DNA from: Acidobacteriaceae bacterium
GTDB taxonomy: Bacteria > Acidobacteriota > Terriglobia > Terriglobales > Acidobacteriaceae
Direction: 5' to 3'
Assembly (NCBI GenBank): GCA_003138515.1
Contig: PLGG01000056.1
Location: 5,608-69,607 of the forward strand
DNA length: 64,000 nucleotides
Shown here: positions 27,083 to 36,988 of the stretch, piece by piece
How positions within the stretch are numbered: the first letter of the stretch is position 1
How the letters are laid out: every line of letters starts with the position of its first letter
The notes under the pieces: generated by a model
Told to the model about the DNA's origin: nothing
Database searches by the model: none
The model's input: the letters and a program-made list of their open reading frames with translations, nothing else
Translations under genes and position numbers: made by a program

Positions 27083-27349
27083 ACTCGCGCTCTCCTCGAT
27101 CACCTCGAGCCGCTCCTCAGCTTTCAAATAGCCTTTGCGCCTAAACCAATCTTCCATCGATGTCTGCAGCCGATCGAGCGGAACGCGGTTTCCCGCTTCC
27201 AGAACTCCATCTCCAGCGGGAAACGTATCGTCGAAAATCGCATCGTTGGTGAAATTCCGCATGGCGAAGTTGTCGATCTGCCGGATCGGGCAGGCGTGGC
27301 GCTCGCCCGCGGCGTCGATTCGATTCACACTTAGTCGCCGCGCAAACAT
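27071..27349 (-). CDS. Hypothetical protein (92 aa)
   Basis: Only an ORF with non-repetitive composition. I recognise no motif, and the start is uncertain. Confidence 0.4.
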   Translation of the reverse strand: MFARRLSVNRIDAAGERHACPIRQIDNFAMRNFTNDAIFDDTFPAGDGVLEAGNRVPLDRLQTSMEDWFRRKGYLKAEERLEVIEESASRSF

Positions 27350-27506
27350 GGATCAACTCTAGAACGCCGGGCCTGGAACGCCGAGCTAAAACGTCGAAAA
27401 ACCAAGCCTTCTCTAACAAAGCAGGGCAAGCAACTTGCAGGCCGGTGGGCAGCATCGATAGGGTGAATGCTTCAGGGCTCCTAAGACTTCGCCGGAGGAC
27501 GACCGA

Positions 27507-27848
27507 ATGAGGCTCCTTTTACAATGGCTGCTCAGCGCCCTCGCGCTGCTGCTCGTTTCCCATTTTGTGCCGGGTTTTCACGTCAATGGCTTGCTTCCGG
27601 CGCTGATTGCCGCAGTGGTGATCGGGCTGCTCAACGCCACTCTCGGGCTGTTCCTCAAGATCATCACAATTCCCTTCAGCATCATCACACTGGGAATCTT
27701 CCTGCTCGTCATCAACGGCATCATGATTCTTTTGGCCTCGACCGTTGTCCCAGGCTTCCACGTGAGCGGCTTCGGCCCAGCCTTCTGGGGCGCGGTCGTG
27801 CTGGCGCTGCTCGGCATGCTCATCCGCGCGATCGTCAAGGACTCTTAG
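27507..27848 (+). CDS. Phage holin family IV / DUF360 (YvlD-like) membrane protein
   Basis: 113 aa with four hydrophobic helices and a duplicated VPGFHV.G motif. GGAGGA lies upstream. Confidence 0.7.
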   Translation: MRLLLQWLLSALALLLVSHFVPGFHVNGLLPALIAAVVIGLLNATLGLFLKIITIPFSIITLGIFLLVINGIMILLASTVVPGFHVSGFGPAFWGAVVLALLGMLIRAIVKDS

Positions 27849-27882
27849 GGCGGGGGGCTTACCTGAGCGTGTCAGCCGGCAA

Positions 27883-28440
27883 CTAGTACTCGGGGGTGCC
27901 GGTCGCAGAGGAATGGCCGCTTCCATGCGAGGTAATCTTATGGCGAGCGGCAGGCTTCTTCGCCGCCTTCGTCTCTGCCGCGTCAGCCTTTGCGGGTTCG
28001 CTCGACTTGACCGGTTGTGGTGCCGCAGGCCCGGGCAGCGTCAACGGTGTGCGCATCGCGCCCGCTCCCGAGAAACCTCCTGGTGCTTGAATTCGCCCCG
28101 GCATCCGCGCTGGCATCACGATCACCTTTGCCGGCTGGTTGTGCTCCACGCGCATGTAAACGCCCCAGCCTCCGCCAGCTACGACAAAAACAATCGCCGC
28201 CGCGGCCGCGGTGCGCATCCAGCCACTCTCGGGGCGAATGGCCCTCGGCCAGGCCAGAACACGCCCGCGGTCCAGAGCACGGTCGCGGTTCGGTGCGGCA
28301 CTCAGGGCCGCATTCACACGGTCTTCAAGACCGTCGGGCGCAGGTAAGCTCGCAACCAGCCGCAGAGTCTCTTCCGCCGGGCCCAATGCGGATTCAGACG
28401 CGGATTCAGAAGCCGTCAGATTGTGAGGGTTCGAATTCAT
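27883..28440 (-). CDS. Putative anti-sigma factor (single-pass membrane protein)
   Basis: Its start overlaps the stop of the ECF sigma gene (ATGA at 28437..28440). It has one TM helix (AAAAAIVFVVAGGGWGVYM). There is no recognisable zf-HC2 motif, so the call rests on context. Confidence 0.5.
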   Translation of the reverse strand: MNSNPHNLTASESASESALGPAEETLRLVASLPAPDGLEDRVNAALSAAPNRDRALDRGRVLAWPRAIRPESGWMRTAAAAAIVFVVAGGGWGVYMRVEHNQPAKVIVMPARMPGRIQAPGGFSGAGAMRTPLTLPGPAAPQPVKSSEPAKADAAETKAAKKPAARHKITSHGSGHSSATGTPEY

Positions 28441-29033
28441 CGCAAACTCCTCTGGTGTTCGAGCAGGCCCGCCATCAGGTTCCGTGCCCGGAAAAGCCTT
28501 GATCGCACGCTGGACTCGCTAATCCCCAGCACTAAAGCAATCTCCACGCTGGTGAGTTCTTCAAAGGCCGAAAGCATTAGCACCTGCCGCTCTTTAGTCG
28601 GCAATTTCTCCACGCAGGCAAGCACATGGGCGTGATGTTGCGCCGCCGCCGCGATCTCTTCGGCGGAAAGGCCCGTCGAGGGCAGTACTCGCGCTAGCTC
28701 CGCAACATCGTCGGTCTCAGGACGCGTCTTGGCACGGCGCTTGCGGTCGAGCACGATGTTCCAAACAATGCGAATCAGCCAGACGCGATGATCGCGCACC
28801 TCGCCCAGCGAATCGCGATGGCGCAGGACGCGCACAAACGTCTCCTGCACGGCATCTTCGGCATCGGATTGATTGCGGAGAACGGAAAAGGCTACGCGGT
28901 AGAGGGTGCCGGCATACTGGTCGACTAACGCGGCAAGCGCTTCATCTTCCGCGCAACGGCGGGCTTCGTCATTCACCGCGCTCGTCGGACTCTCCATCCA
29001 CCCTGCGACAATGGCCTGGCTGGTGCTCATCAC
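28437..29033 (-). CDS. ECF-type RNA polymerase sigma-70 family factor
   Basis: Region 2 reads LYRVAFSVLRNQSDAEDAVQETFVRVLRH...W...I..N...D. Region 4 reads LPTKERQVLMLSAFEELTSVEIALVLGISESSVRSRLFRAR. Confidence 0.9.
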   Translation of the reverse strand: MMSTSQAIVAGWMESPTSAVNDEARRCAEDEALAALVDQYAGTLYRVAFSVLRNQSDAEDAVQETFVRVLRHRDSLGEVRDHRVWLIRIVWNIVLDRKRRAKTRPETDDVAELARVLPSTGLSAEEIAAAAQHHAHVLACVEKLPTKERQVLMLSAFEELTSVEIALVLGISESSVRSRLFRARNLMAGLLEHQRSLR

Positions 29034-29167
29034 TCACCAGACGCAGCCAGTGAAGAAAATGCTCAGGTAAGCGAAGCATGCCCTCGCTTTGCAGGGAAAA
29101 GGCTCAAAGATCGGCGTTTCCCTGTACCGGCCTGCGCGGATTGCCGGACTTCCCGGCCTGCGCAATC

Positions 29168-29872
29168 CTACTTGGCGCCTAGCTTCTGCGCTGCGATCTG
29201 CCCGGCGGCCCCATCCTTGTCCGCATCCTTCACCTTGGCCCACAGCGCGCGGGCCATGTCCTGCTTGCCCTCGGCGACGTAAAGGTCGGCCAGGTCGAGC
29301 TGGGCCACGCTGGTTGACACCGTAGCGGAAGGCTTGGCGGCGATCTCGTTATAGAGCGCGATCGCATCGTTGTCGCGGGAAGTCTGGCGGTATAGGCCCG
29401 CCAGTGCCAGCTTTGCCAGGTTGGCCACATTGCGATCCCACGAGCCGGCCGCCGTTTTCAGCTCGGTCTCGGCATTGCCGTTTTGGCCCAGCTCCTCGTA
29501 AGTAACGCCCGCAAAATAGTGCGCTTTGGTCCCCTCCGGCAGCCAGCCGTAATCGTGAGCGATAGCCACGAACTCGCGATTGGCTTCCGTAGCGCGCGCG
29601 GCAGCGGTGGTATACGAGCCGGCATCAGGTGGGGCACCCGGGGTCGCCAGCGGCGTCGTGTACACGTCCAGCGCCCCGCCCAGCGCGGCGTTTGCCGCCG
29701 ACGAGCGAAAGTTCCAGAAAATCAGTCCGCCGATCGCGGCAACCAGAACAACACCGATTCCGAGGCTCAAGCGTACTGCGGCGGCCTGGTGCTCGCCTAT
29801 CCAACTGGCGCTGCTTGCGGCAGCTTGTGCAAATTTGTCCTTCTTCAGGGCGTGACGGGTTCGAGTATCCAC
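29168..29872 (-). CDS. YfgM-like membrane-anchored tetratricopeptide-repeat protein
   Basis: A short cytoplasmic N-terminus, one TM helix (LSLGIGVVLVAAIGGLIFW) and a TPR-like helical periplasmic part. Confidence 0.6.
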   Translation of the reverse strand: MDTRTRHALKKDKFAQAAASSASWIGEHQAAAVRLSLGIGVVLVAAIGGLIFWNFRSSAANAALGGALDVYTTPLATPGAPPDAGSYTTAAARATEANREFVAIAHDYGWLPEGTKAHYFAGVTYEELGQNGNAETELKTAAGSWDRNVANLAKLALAGLYRQTSRDNDAIALYNEIAAKPSATVSTSVAQLDLADLYVAEGKQDMARALWAKVKDADKDGAAGQIAAQKLGAK

Positions 29873-30066
29873 GAGGTCTTTCTTGTCCTTTGCCGGTATC
29901 CTTGCAGGCGGGTCTGAACAGTAGAAAATGGTGCCACTGCAACCCGATTAGTGTATCAGCGCGGTTCGAGCACAGTCCACCGAGGCACGGATGCCGCGGG
30001 ACTCTCCTTTTCCGCGAAGAGTGCTGCATGCTTGCCGCCGCACGGCCGGAACGGTACCCTTAAAAC

Positions 30067-30444
30067 ATGTACGAGGACTTTCACGTCACCGACCGCTGGA
30101 GCGGCGAAGACCTTCACTGCCGCTGGAAGGGGACAATCGTGGCCATCGCCACGCGCCACGCCGACGCCGTCGACATTCGTTTCGACGTGAATGGCCGCCC
30201 CATGTGGATCGCGTTGCCCTGCACCGCCTGGGTGGAGCAGAAGAAGCGCTCCGGCAAAGTAATCACCGATCAACTGGCGGCGCAGGTTGCAGGACGATAT
30301 TTGAAGCAACTGGTCGAAGAAGGCTACGACTCCCGGCGCGAGATCTACACCCTGACCGTTGCCGATGTGCTCGATCAGCTTGACGCCGTGGTTGCCGAAG
30401 CCAGAACGCAGGGCGCTATGCCTGCGCTGCCGGTAGGACCATAG
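30067..30444 (+). CDS. Hypothetical protein (125 aa)
   Basis: ORF with ordinary composition and no motif I recognise. Confidence 0.45.
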   Translation: MYEDFHVTDRWSGEDLHCRWKGTIVAIATRHADAVDIRFDVNGRPMWIALPCTAWVEQKKRSGKVITDQLAAQVAGRYLKQLVEEGYDSRREIYTLTVADVLDQLDAVVAEARTQGAMPALPVGP

Positions 30445-30633
30445 AAAAAGCCGTAGCGAAGCAGCGCGCCAGCGCGTCCAACATACGCACGCCTTCCGAT
30501 CGTCTTCTCATGAATCGTAGCGCCGCCATTCTTCTATTCGCCGCTGCCGCCGTTCTCTTCCTCGGGGGGGTCTGCCAGCGCCGCGCAAACTCCCAAACCC
30601 GCTCCCAATGCGCCCCTGCCCAATGCCGGCGAG

Positions 30634-31380
30634 TTGTTGCAGCGGGCGCTCGCCAATGAACGCAAACTGGCCGCCGAGCGGGAAAAATACGATTGCCGCA
30701 TTAATGACCGGACCATTGAAACCGACGGCAAGGGCAACACCAAGAAAGACACTGCGGTTGTGTCGGATCTGTTTTACGTCAACGGCGTTGCTATCGAGCG
30801 CACCCTCCAGAAAGACAGCAAAGATCTATCCGCCGACGACCAGCATAAGCAGGACGACCATGTGATGAAAGAGACGCTCAAATACACCGACCAGGCCAAT
30901 GCGCAGAAAGAAGAAGACAAGCAGAACCAGGAACTTGAAGATTTTATGGTAGCCATGATGCTGGCCAACGGGCGCCGCGAAAATGTCGACGGCCATAGCG
31001 TGCTTTTCTACGACATCTTGCCCAACCCGAGATTCGAGGCGAAGAATCTGAACCAGCATCTGGCCCAGGTGATGCAGGGCAAGGTTTCCATCGACGAGCA
31101 GACCGGCGAATTGATCGATATCAACGTGACTTCAGTCGCGGATTTGAAAATTGGCGGCGGGCTGGTGGCAAATGTGCACAAAGGCCTATGGCTGCATATC
31201 CATAATCAGCCGCGTCCCGATGGCGTCTGGCTCACCGATTTCGCCGAAGGCTCAGGCGATGCGCGCGCCGCGTTGTTCTTGCATCCCTACTTCCGATTCA
31301 AGGAAACCGCGGACAATTGCCATCTCTACACGGCCACGGCCACTCAAGTGGGACCGGTGCAGGTGGTCAAGCAGCCGTAG
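30634..31380 (+). CDS. Hypothetical secreted protein; the mature part is separated from its apparent signal peptide by a frameshift in a G7 run
   Basis: This is the ORF as listed. A signal-peptide ORF starting at ATG 30510 (MNRSAAILLFAAAAVLFLGG) falls out of frame at GGGGGGG (30564..30570). The 30634 frame is open back to 30514 and reads SASAAQTPKPAPNAPLPNAGELLQRAL. Confidence 0.6.
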   Translation: MLQRALANERKLAAEREKYDCRINDRTIETDGKGNTKKDTAVVSDLFYVNGVAIERTLQKDSKDLSADDQHKQDDHVMKETLKYTDQANAQKEEDKQNQELEDFMVAMMLANGRRENVDGHSVLFYDILPNPRFEAKNLNQHLAQVMQGKVSIDEQTGELIDINVTSVADLKIGGGLVANVHKGLWLHIHNQPRPDGVWLTDFAEGSGDARAALFLHPYFRFKETADNCHLYTATATQVGPVQVVKQP

Positions 31381-31394
31381 ACCGGATCGACACT

Positions 31395-34300
31395 CTAGCT
31401 TTCCGCCTGCGCCTGCTCCACATCGCCGCGCCTGAGCAAGCGGCTCAAGATCACATACAGGACAGGAATAAACACGAGATTCAGCACGGTGGAGAGCAGC
31501 ATTCCGCCGACAATCGTCGTTCCGACTGACTGGCGGCCAAGCGCGCCCGCTCCGGTGGCGAACACCAGCGGCAGAACGCCCATGATGAATGCGAACGAGG
31601 TCATGAGAATCGGCCGCAGGCGCAACTCGGCGGCTTCGATCGCGGCCTCGGCGATGGTTCGGCCCTTGCGCCGCAACTGTTCGGCAAACTCGACAATCAG
31701 AATCGAATTCTTCGCAGAGAGGCCAATGAGCATCACGAGGCCGATTTGGCAATACACGTCGTTGGCCAGCCCCCGGAGCGAAATGAGCCCAAGCGCCCCC
31801 AGCACCGCCATCGGCACCGCCAGCAGAATGATGAACGGCAGCGCGAAGCTCTCGTATTGCGCCGAAAGCGTCAGATACACGACCAGAATGCCCAGCCCGA
31901 AGATGACGAGGGCCTTGCCGCTGGACTCGAGTTCGTCGAGTGTGAGGCCCGTCCACTCGAAGCTCATGCCGTGCATCATGTTGTCTGTAGCCAACTTCTC
32001 CATGCTCACGAGCGCCTGCCCTGAGCTGACGCCGGGAGCGGCCGACCCGTCGATTTCCACCGCGCGAAAGAGATTGTAGTGCGTAATTACCGGCGGTCCC
32101 GCGCTATCGGCGACCGTGACCAGGTTGTCGAGTGGAACCATCTGGCCGGAATCGGAGCGCACGTAGTAGCTGTGCAGGTCGCTGGCCTTCATGCGGAAGG
32201 GCTGGTCGGCCTCCACGTAAACGCGATAAGTGCGGCTGTTGTAGTCGAAGTCGTTGATGTACTCCGAGCCCATGAAGACGTTGAGCGTGGTTGCGATCTG
32301 GGTGATTGAGACTCCCATCGCTTTCGCCTTCTCGCGGTCGATCGTCACCAGTTCCTGCGGGTCGTTGGCAGAGAAAGTGGTGAACAAGTCAGTCAGATCC
32401 TTGTGCGTGGCGCCCGCGTTCACAACCTGATGCGCTACGCGATCCAGATCGCTGAGCGTATTGCCGCCCTGATCCTGCAGCATGAACTGGAACCCGCCGA
32501 AGCTGCCCACACCCTCCACCGCCGGCGGCTGTATTGCGGCCACAAGGCCGCCATTGGGGGCAAACATCAACATCTGCAATTTGGGTGCGACATCTTTGAT
32601 GATGTCAGCCGTCGAGTACGCTCTTTCACCGCGCTCATTCGTTGTGTTGGTGTTCACAAACATCATGCCCGCGTTGGACGCGCTGCCGGCAAAGCTGAAG
32701 CCCAGAATGGAGAATAATCCGCCCACGTGGGGATTCTGCGCAATGATGGCGGCTCCCTCGTCGGAGAGTGCCGTGGTGTAGGCAAGCGAGGAACCCGGCG
32801 GCGCCTGCACAATCACCATGAAGTAGCCCTGGTCTTCCTGCGGAATGAAGCCCGTGGGAACTACGCGGTAGATCCACACCGTTGCGGCCAGCCCGGCGAA
32901 GAAGACCAGCAGAAGAATATAGCGCAGTTGCAGCGCGACATGAATGATGCGCGCGTACGTACTGGCCAGCCAACCGATGAAAGCGTCGGCGCCGTGAATG
33001 AATGCCGCGAAAGCGCGAGAGACCAGCCCGATATGGAGAAAATCCAGCTGGCGAGAACGAGCCTCTTCGCCCCTCAGGAAAAGCGCCGACATCGCCGGCG
33101 AAAGCGTAAGCGCGTTGAACGCCGAGATGGCGATGGAAAATGCGATAGTGAGCGAAAACTGGCGATAGAGAATGCCGGTCGTGCCGGGGAAGAATGAGAC
33201 CGGCACAAACACGGCGATCAGCACCAGTGAAGTGGCGATGACCGCGCTCGTCACTTCTTTCATGGCGCGCGAAGTGGCCTCACGCGCCTTGGAGTGTTCC
33301 ATATGAATGTGGCGTTGCACATTCTCGATGACCACAATCGCGTCGTCGACCACCAGGCCTGTAGCCAGTGTGATGCCGAAGAGCGTGAGCGAATTGATGG
33401 AGAAATTGAAGATCCGGATAAACGCAAAGGTTCCGATGAGCGAAACGGGAATAGTGACGGCCGGAATGATTGTGGCGCGCCAATCGAGCAGAAACAGAAA
33501 AATGACAGTGATGACGATAATGACGGCTATGGCCAGCGTGATCAGCACTTCGCGAATCGATTCGCCCACCGCCGTCGTGGAGTCGAAAGCGACTGCGTAG
33601 TGGAGGCCGGGCGGGAAGCTCTTTGAGAGCTGTTCCAGCGCGGCTTTGGCCTTGCGGTCCACCTCGAGGGAGTTCGCATTCGACAGTTGCTCCACTCCGA
33701 GGCCCATCGCGCTATGGCCCTGGTATTTAAGCCCGGTGCCATAACTTTCGGCGCCCACCTCCGCGTGGCCCACGTCCTTCAGTTGCACCAGGCCATTGGG
33801 CGAATTCTTGACAATAATGTTGTCGAACTCTTCGGGGCTGGTGAGCCGGCCCACGACACGCACTGGAATCTGGTAAGCCTGCTTCGAGTCGGCTGGCGGC
33901 TGCCCTAGCTGTCCGGCCGGAACCTCGACGTTCTGTTCCTCGAGCGCATTCACCACGTCGGTTGCGGTCAGGCCGCGGGCGGCCAGCCGCACCGGGTCGA
34001 GCCACACGCGCATGGCATACTTGCGTGCGGCGAAGTCCACGACATCGCCCACACCCGGCACGCGCTTGAGCGCATCGACGACGTAGATGTCGAGATAGTT
34101 GGAGATGTATTCGTCTGAGTAGCGGCCGTCGAGCGTATAGAATCCCGCTCCGAAGACAAAGTTGTAGTTCGATTTCAGAACGCTGATGCCCGTGGAAACC
34201 ACCTCGCCCGGCAGGCGGCCCTCCACGCTGGCCACGCGGTTCTGCACGTCTACTGCCGCGATGTCCAGGTTGTATCCCGTCTGGAAGGTGATGTCGATTT

Positions 34301-34568
34301 CGGCGCTGCCGCTGTTCGTGCTCGTCGAACTGATGTAGCGCATCCCCTCCACGCCGTTGATCGCTTCTTCCAGAGGAATCGTGACGGCCTTCTCGACTGT
34401 TTCCGCATCCGCCCCCACGTAATTTGCGGAAACTGAAACCACGGGCGGCGCCAGCGAGGGATACATGGCCACCGGAAGATTGGGAATGCAGATGGCTCCC
34501 GCCAGAATGATCAGCAGGGCGCAAACCGTAGCGAAGACCGGGCGATGAATGAAAAAGTCTACAAACAC
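31395..34568 (-). CDS. RND efflux transporter permease (AcrB/HAE1 family)
   Basis: 1057 aa. MFVDFFIHRPVFATVCALLIILAG is the canonical AcrB N-terminus, and the 12-TM / two-large-loop architecture is present. Confidence 0.95.
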   Translation of the reverse strand: MFVDFFIHRPVFATVCALLIILAGAICIPNLPVAMYPSLAPPVVSVSANYVGADAETVEKAVTIPLEEAINGVEGMRYISSTSTNSGSAEIDITFQTGYNLDIAAVDVQNRVASVEGRLPGEVVSTGISVLKSNYNFVFGAGFYTLDGRYSDEYISNYLDIYVVDALKRVPGVGDVVDFAARKYAMRVWLDPVRLAARGLTATDVVNALEEQNVEVPAGQLGQPPADSKQAYQIPVRVVGRLTSPEEFDNIIVKNSPNGLVQLKDVGHAEVGAESYGTGLKYQGHSAMGLGVEQLSNANSLEVDRKAKAALEQLSKSFPPGLHYAVAFDSTTAVGESIREVLITLAIAVIIVITVIFLFLLDWRATIIPAVTIPVSLIGTFAFIRIFNFSINSLTLFGITLATGLVVDDAIVVIENVQRHIHMEHSKAREATSRAMKEVTSAVIATSLVLIAVFVPVSFFPGTTGILYRQFSLTIAFSIAISAFNALTLSPAMSALFLRGEEARSRQLDFLHIGLVSRAFAAFIHGADAFIGWLASTYARIIHVALQLRYILLLVFFAGLAATVWIYRVVPTGFIPQEDQGYFMVIVQAPPGSSLAYTTALSDEGAAIIAQNPHVGGLFSILGFSFAGSASNAGMMFVNTNTTNERGERAYSTADIIKDVAPKLQMLMFAPNGGLVAAIQPPAVEGVGSFGGFQFMLQDQGGNTLSDLDRVAHQVVNAGATHKDLTDLFTTFSANDPQELVTIDREKAKAMGVSITQIATTLNVFMGSEYINDFDYNSRTYRVYVEADQPFRMKASDLHSYYVRSDSGQMVPLDNLVTVADSAGPPVITHYNLFRAVEIDGSAAPGVSSGQALVSMEKLATDNMMHGMSFEWTGLTLDELESSGKALVIFGLGILVVYLTLSAQYESFALPFIILLAVPMAVLGALGLISLRGLANDVYCQIGLVMLIGLSAKNSILIVEFAEQLRRKGRTIAEAAIEAAELRLRPILMTSFAFIMGVLPLVFATGAGALGRQSVGTTIVGGMLLSTVLNLVFIPVLYVILSRLLRRGDVEQAQAES

Positions 34569-34584
34569 TTATGAGCCCTCTTTC

Positions 34585-35874
34585 CTACGAGACCGTCGCG
34601 GGCTGCGTGTGTTTGCTCTTCCTTGCCCGGGCCCTATGATGCTTTTTGTGATGAGGACGGTAAGCCGCCTTACGGGGCGCTCCGCCGCTCTCCGCCTGCG
34701 TCTCTTCTGCTTTCGCGTGAGGTCCGCTCGCTTGCCCTGGCGAGGGTGCCGCTTGCGGCGGTCCGCCCATCGGCATCACGGGCATACCATCCACCAGAAA
34801 CTGCGTTGCCGATACGATCACGCTGTCGCCTGCATTCAGCCCTGAAACAATGGAGTAATTGTTTCCCACCGTGTCGCCGAGCACAACTGAAGTGCGGTGC
34901 GCCACGGCCATTCCATTTTGCTTTAGCACCACGAACACGAAACTCTCTTCACCTTGCCGCGTCACCGCCAGCACCGGAACAACCGCCATCGGTTTTGTGC
35001 TCCAGATGACCCGAGCTTTGACGATCTGCGCATTGCGCAGCCCTTCCGGCCCCGCTTGCACAGGAGCCTTCACTAGAATCCCTTGCAGCGTGCTATCCAC
35101 TTCCGACGAAACGAAATCGATCCGCGTCTTCTCCAGCACCTTGCCGCTGTTGTCTGTCAGGTTCACAGCCAGCCCTTGGTGCACCTCGGCGGCGCGCTCG
35201 GTGGGAATGTAGATATACGCTTCAAGATGGCTGTTTTCGTCGATTGTGGTGAGAACCGTAGCCGGCGATTGATTGGGAGAAACGTAGTCGCCAACGTGAA
35301 CAGGAATGTCGCCCACTATGCCATCGAAGGGCGCGCGGATGGCGTAATAACCCAGCAGTTGTTCCCCCGCCTTGCGCGCTTCTACTGCCGACTGATAGTC
35401 CGCCTTCGCATTCTGGAAAGCCTGCTGTGCCTGCTCGTACGCGTCGCGGCTGGTCACACCCGCCTCATACAGCTTGCGCTGCCGCTCCACCTCGACCGTG
35501 TCGTAGTCGTCAAGCGCTTTTTTCTGCAGCTCGGTTGCCCGCAATGAGTCCACCGTAGCCCGCTGTTGGCGCGCATCGATCTCCATCAGCAGCTGGCCGG
35601 CCTTCACCGGGTCACCGGAGTGGACTCGAATATCCGTAAGCTGTCCGCTCACCTGCGGCAGCAGCGCGGTCGACCGGCGCGACTTGATAGTGGCAACATA
35701 CTCGCTGCTTTGCGCCACAGGCGCCATCGTCACGGTTACGGTCTGCACCGGCAAGGCCTGCATCTCGGCTCCGCCGGCCGGCGCCGCTGGCTTCTTCTGG
35801 CAGCCGGTAGCGGCCAATCCTGCCAGGATCACGCAACTTATCGTATAAATGCGTCGGAATCTGATTTGAGTCAC
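34585..35874 (-). CDS. RND efflux periplasmic adaptor (membrane fusion protein) lipoprotein with a basic C-terminal tail
   Basis: Lipobox LAATGC. Barrel-sandwich hybrid, hairpin and beta-barrel regions are present (GQLLMEID....A....L, IRAPFDGIVG). The gene lies directly upstream of the RND permease. The last ~60 aa are Pro/Ala- then His/Lys/Arg-rich. Confidence 0.9.
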   Translation of the reverse strand: MTQIRFRRIYTISCVILAGLAATGCQKKPAAPAGGAEMQALPVQTVTVTMAPVAQSSEYVATIKSRRSTALLPQVSGQLTDIRVHSGDPVKAGQLLMEIDARQQRATVDSLRATELQKKALDDYDTVEVERQRKLYEAGVTSRDAYEQAQQAFQNAKADYQSAVEARKAGEQLLGYYAIRAPFDGIVGDIPVHVGDYVSPNQSPATVLTTIDENSHLEAYIYIPTERAAEVHQGLAVNLTDNSGKVLEKTRIDFVSSEVDSTLQGILVKAPVQAGPEGLRNAQIVKARVIWSTKPMAVVPVLAVTRQGEESFVFVVLKQNGMAVAHRTSVVLGDTVGNNYSIVSGLNAGDSVIVSATQFLVDGMPVMPMGGPPQAAPSPGQASGPHAKAEETQAESGGAPRKAAYRPHHKKHHRARARKSKHTQPATVS

Positions 35875-36330
35875 TCGATTCTTCCTCTAGCTACCGTGAC
35901 CGCCGCGGTCTGCAATGGACTAGTTTGGCAGGCAGGCCCAGGAGCGTCTCCGCCATCACCGTTGCCGGATTCGCATCGTTGCGGAACTCGCCTTGAACAT
36001 GCGTTACGCGGATCTGGGTAACTGACACAAAAACAGTGCGGCGCGGTCTATTGCAGCGTCCGCTTCGATGTGAATCTCCATCGAGGATAGCGCACAACAC
36101 GGCTACGCGATGGTGACGCTTCTGGTTCCGGCTTGTGCTGCCCTTAACAGTCCCGTATGCGCCGCTCTTGACGGTCTCGCAATTGGCGCTTGCCGCAACG
36201 TGCTAGTTTAGATGCTTGAGAGCGCTGCTCGGCTCCAACCATTCGCTTTGACACGCTATAGCCGAGTTGATAGCCTCAAGGATAAGGGTACCTGCGGCCA
36301 ATCTTACCTCTGCGCTCTGCTCTCCCAGCC

Positions 36331-36408
36331 GTCCCCGTCGTCTAGCCCGGCCTAGGACACCGCCCTTTCACGGCGATAACACGGGTTCAAATCCCGTCGG
36401 GGACGCCA
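36331..36408 (+). tRNA. tRNA-Glu (anticodon UUC)
   Basis: Acceptor stem GTCCCCG/CGGGGAC, anticodon stem-loop CGCC-CTTTCAC-GGCG, T-arm GGGTTCAAATCCC and an encoded CCA. Confidence 0.9.
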
Positions 36409-36442
36409 ACAAATCTCCTGGGCTGGGGCACCTTCCCACACG

Positions 36443-36476
36443 CAAAAACCCCATCCAAGCGAAGCCGGGATGGGGC
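36443..36476 (-). terminator. Hairpin terminator downstream of the DUF3303 gene (also 3' of tRNA-Glu)
   Basis: The CCCCATCC/GGATGGGG stem (36449..36456 and 36468..36475) is followed on the minus strand by TTTTT. Confidence 0.6.
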
Positions 36477-36506
36477 GTTCATTTGCCGGGCTAATTGCTT
36501 GCGTGG

Positions 36507-36785
36507 CTATTTGCCGAAGACCTTTTTCGCTGCGGCTCCGGCAGCGGCGTCCTCGATGACCGGATGGATTTCCAACTCCAGAACGTCTGCCCATTCGGCG
36601 GCGTGCTCGGCGAGAGCCTCCGGTCCACTCGCTTCAATGAGGTGCCAGCCAAGCGTTGAGCCCGGAACGTGCCAGCGGCCGATTGTTTTGGCTCCTTCGG
36701 GCGCTGGGCCGCCCGATTTCAAGAATTGGTCAAGTGCAGTCTTGTATTTACCGGGGGTCGTCTTCCACACCACCATGAATTTCAT
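36507..36785 (-). CDS. DUF3303 family protein
   Basis: 92 aa. MKFMVVWKTTPGKYKTALDQFLKSGGPAPEGAKTIGRWHVPGS..GW.L.E......AEHAAEWAD.LELEI.PVIED matches my memory of DUF3303. Confidence 0.7.
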   Translation of the reverse strand: MKFMVVWKTTPGKYKTALDQFLKSGGPAPEGAKTIGRWHVPGSTLGWHLIEASGPEALAEHAAEWADVLELEIHPVIEDAAAGAAAKKVFGK

Positions 36786-36988
36786 GAATTCTCCTCCTCG
36801 GGGAATGTTTGCTCGGGGAAAGCTTGATGGTTGAGATTGCTTGACCCGTGAGGCTCGGCTTGGGCCAAGGAGAGCGGGCTTAAGGCTATACCGCTGGAGG
36901 GGGAAATAGTAAAGAGGATTCTTGGCGTGGTGGGAACCAGTGCTGGCAGATCTAGGACGGAGTGGTAGACCTGAAGGGCGGGGGCGTT

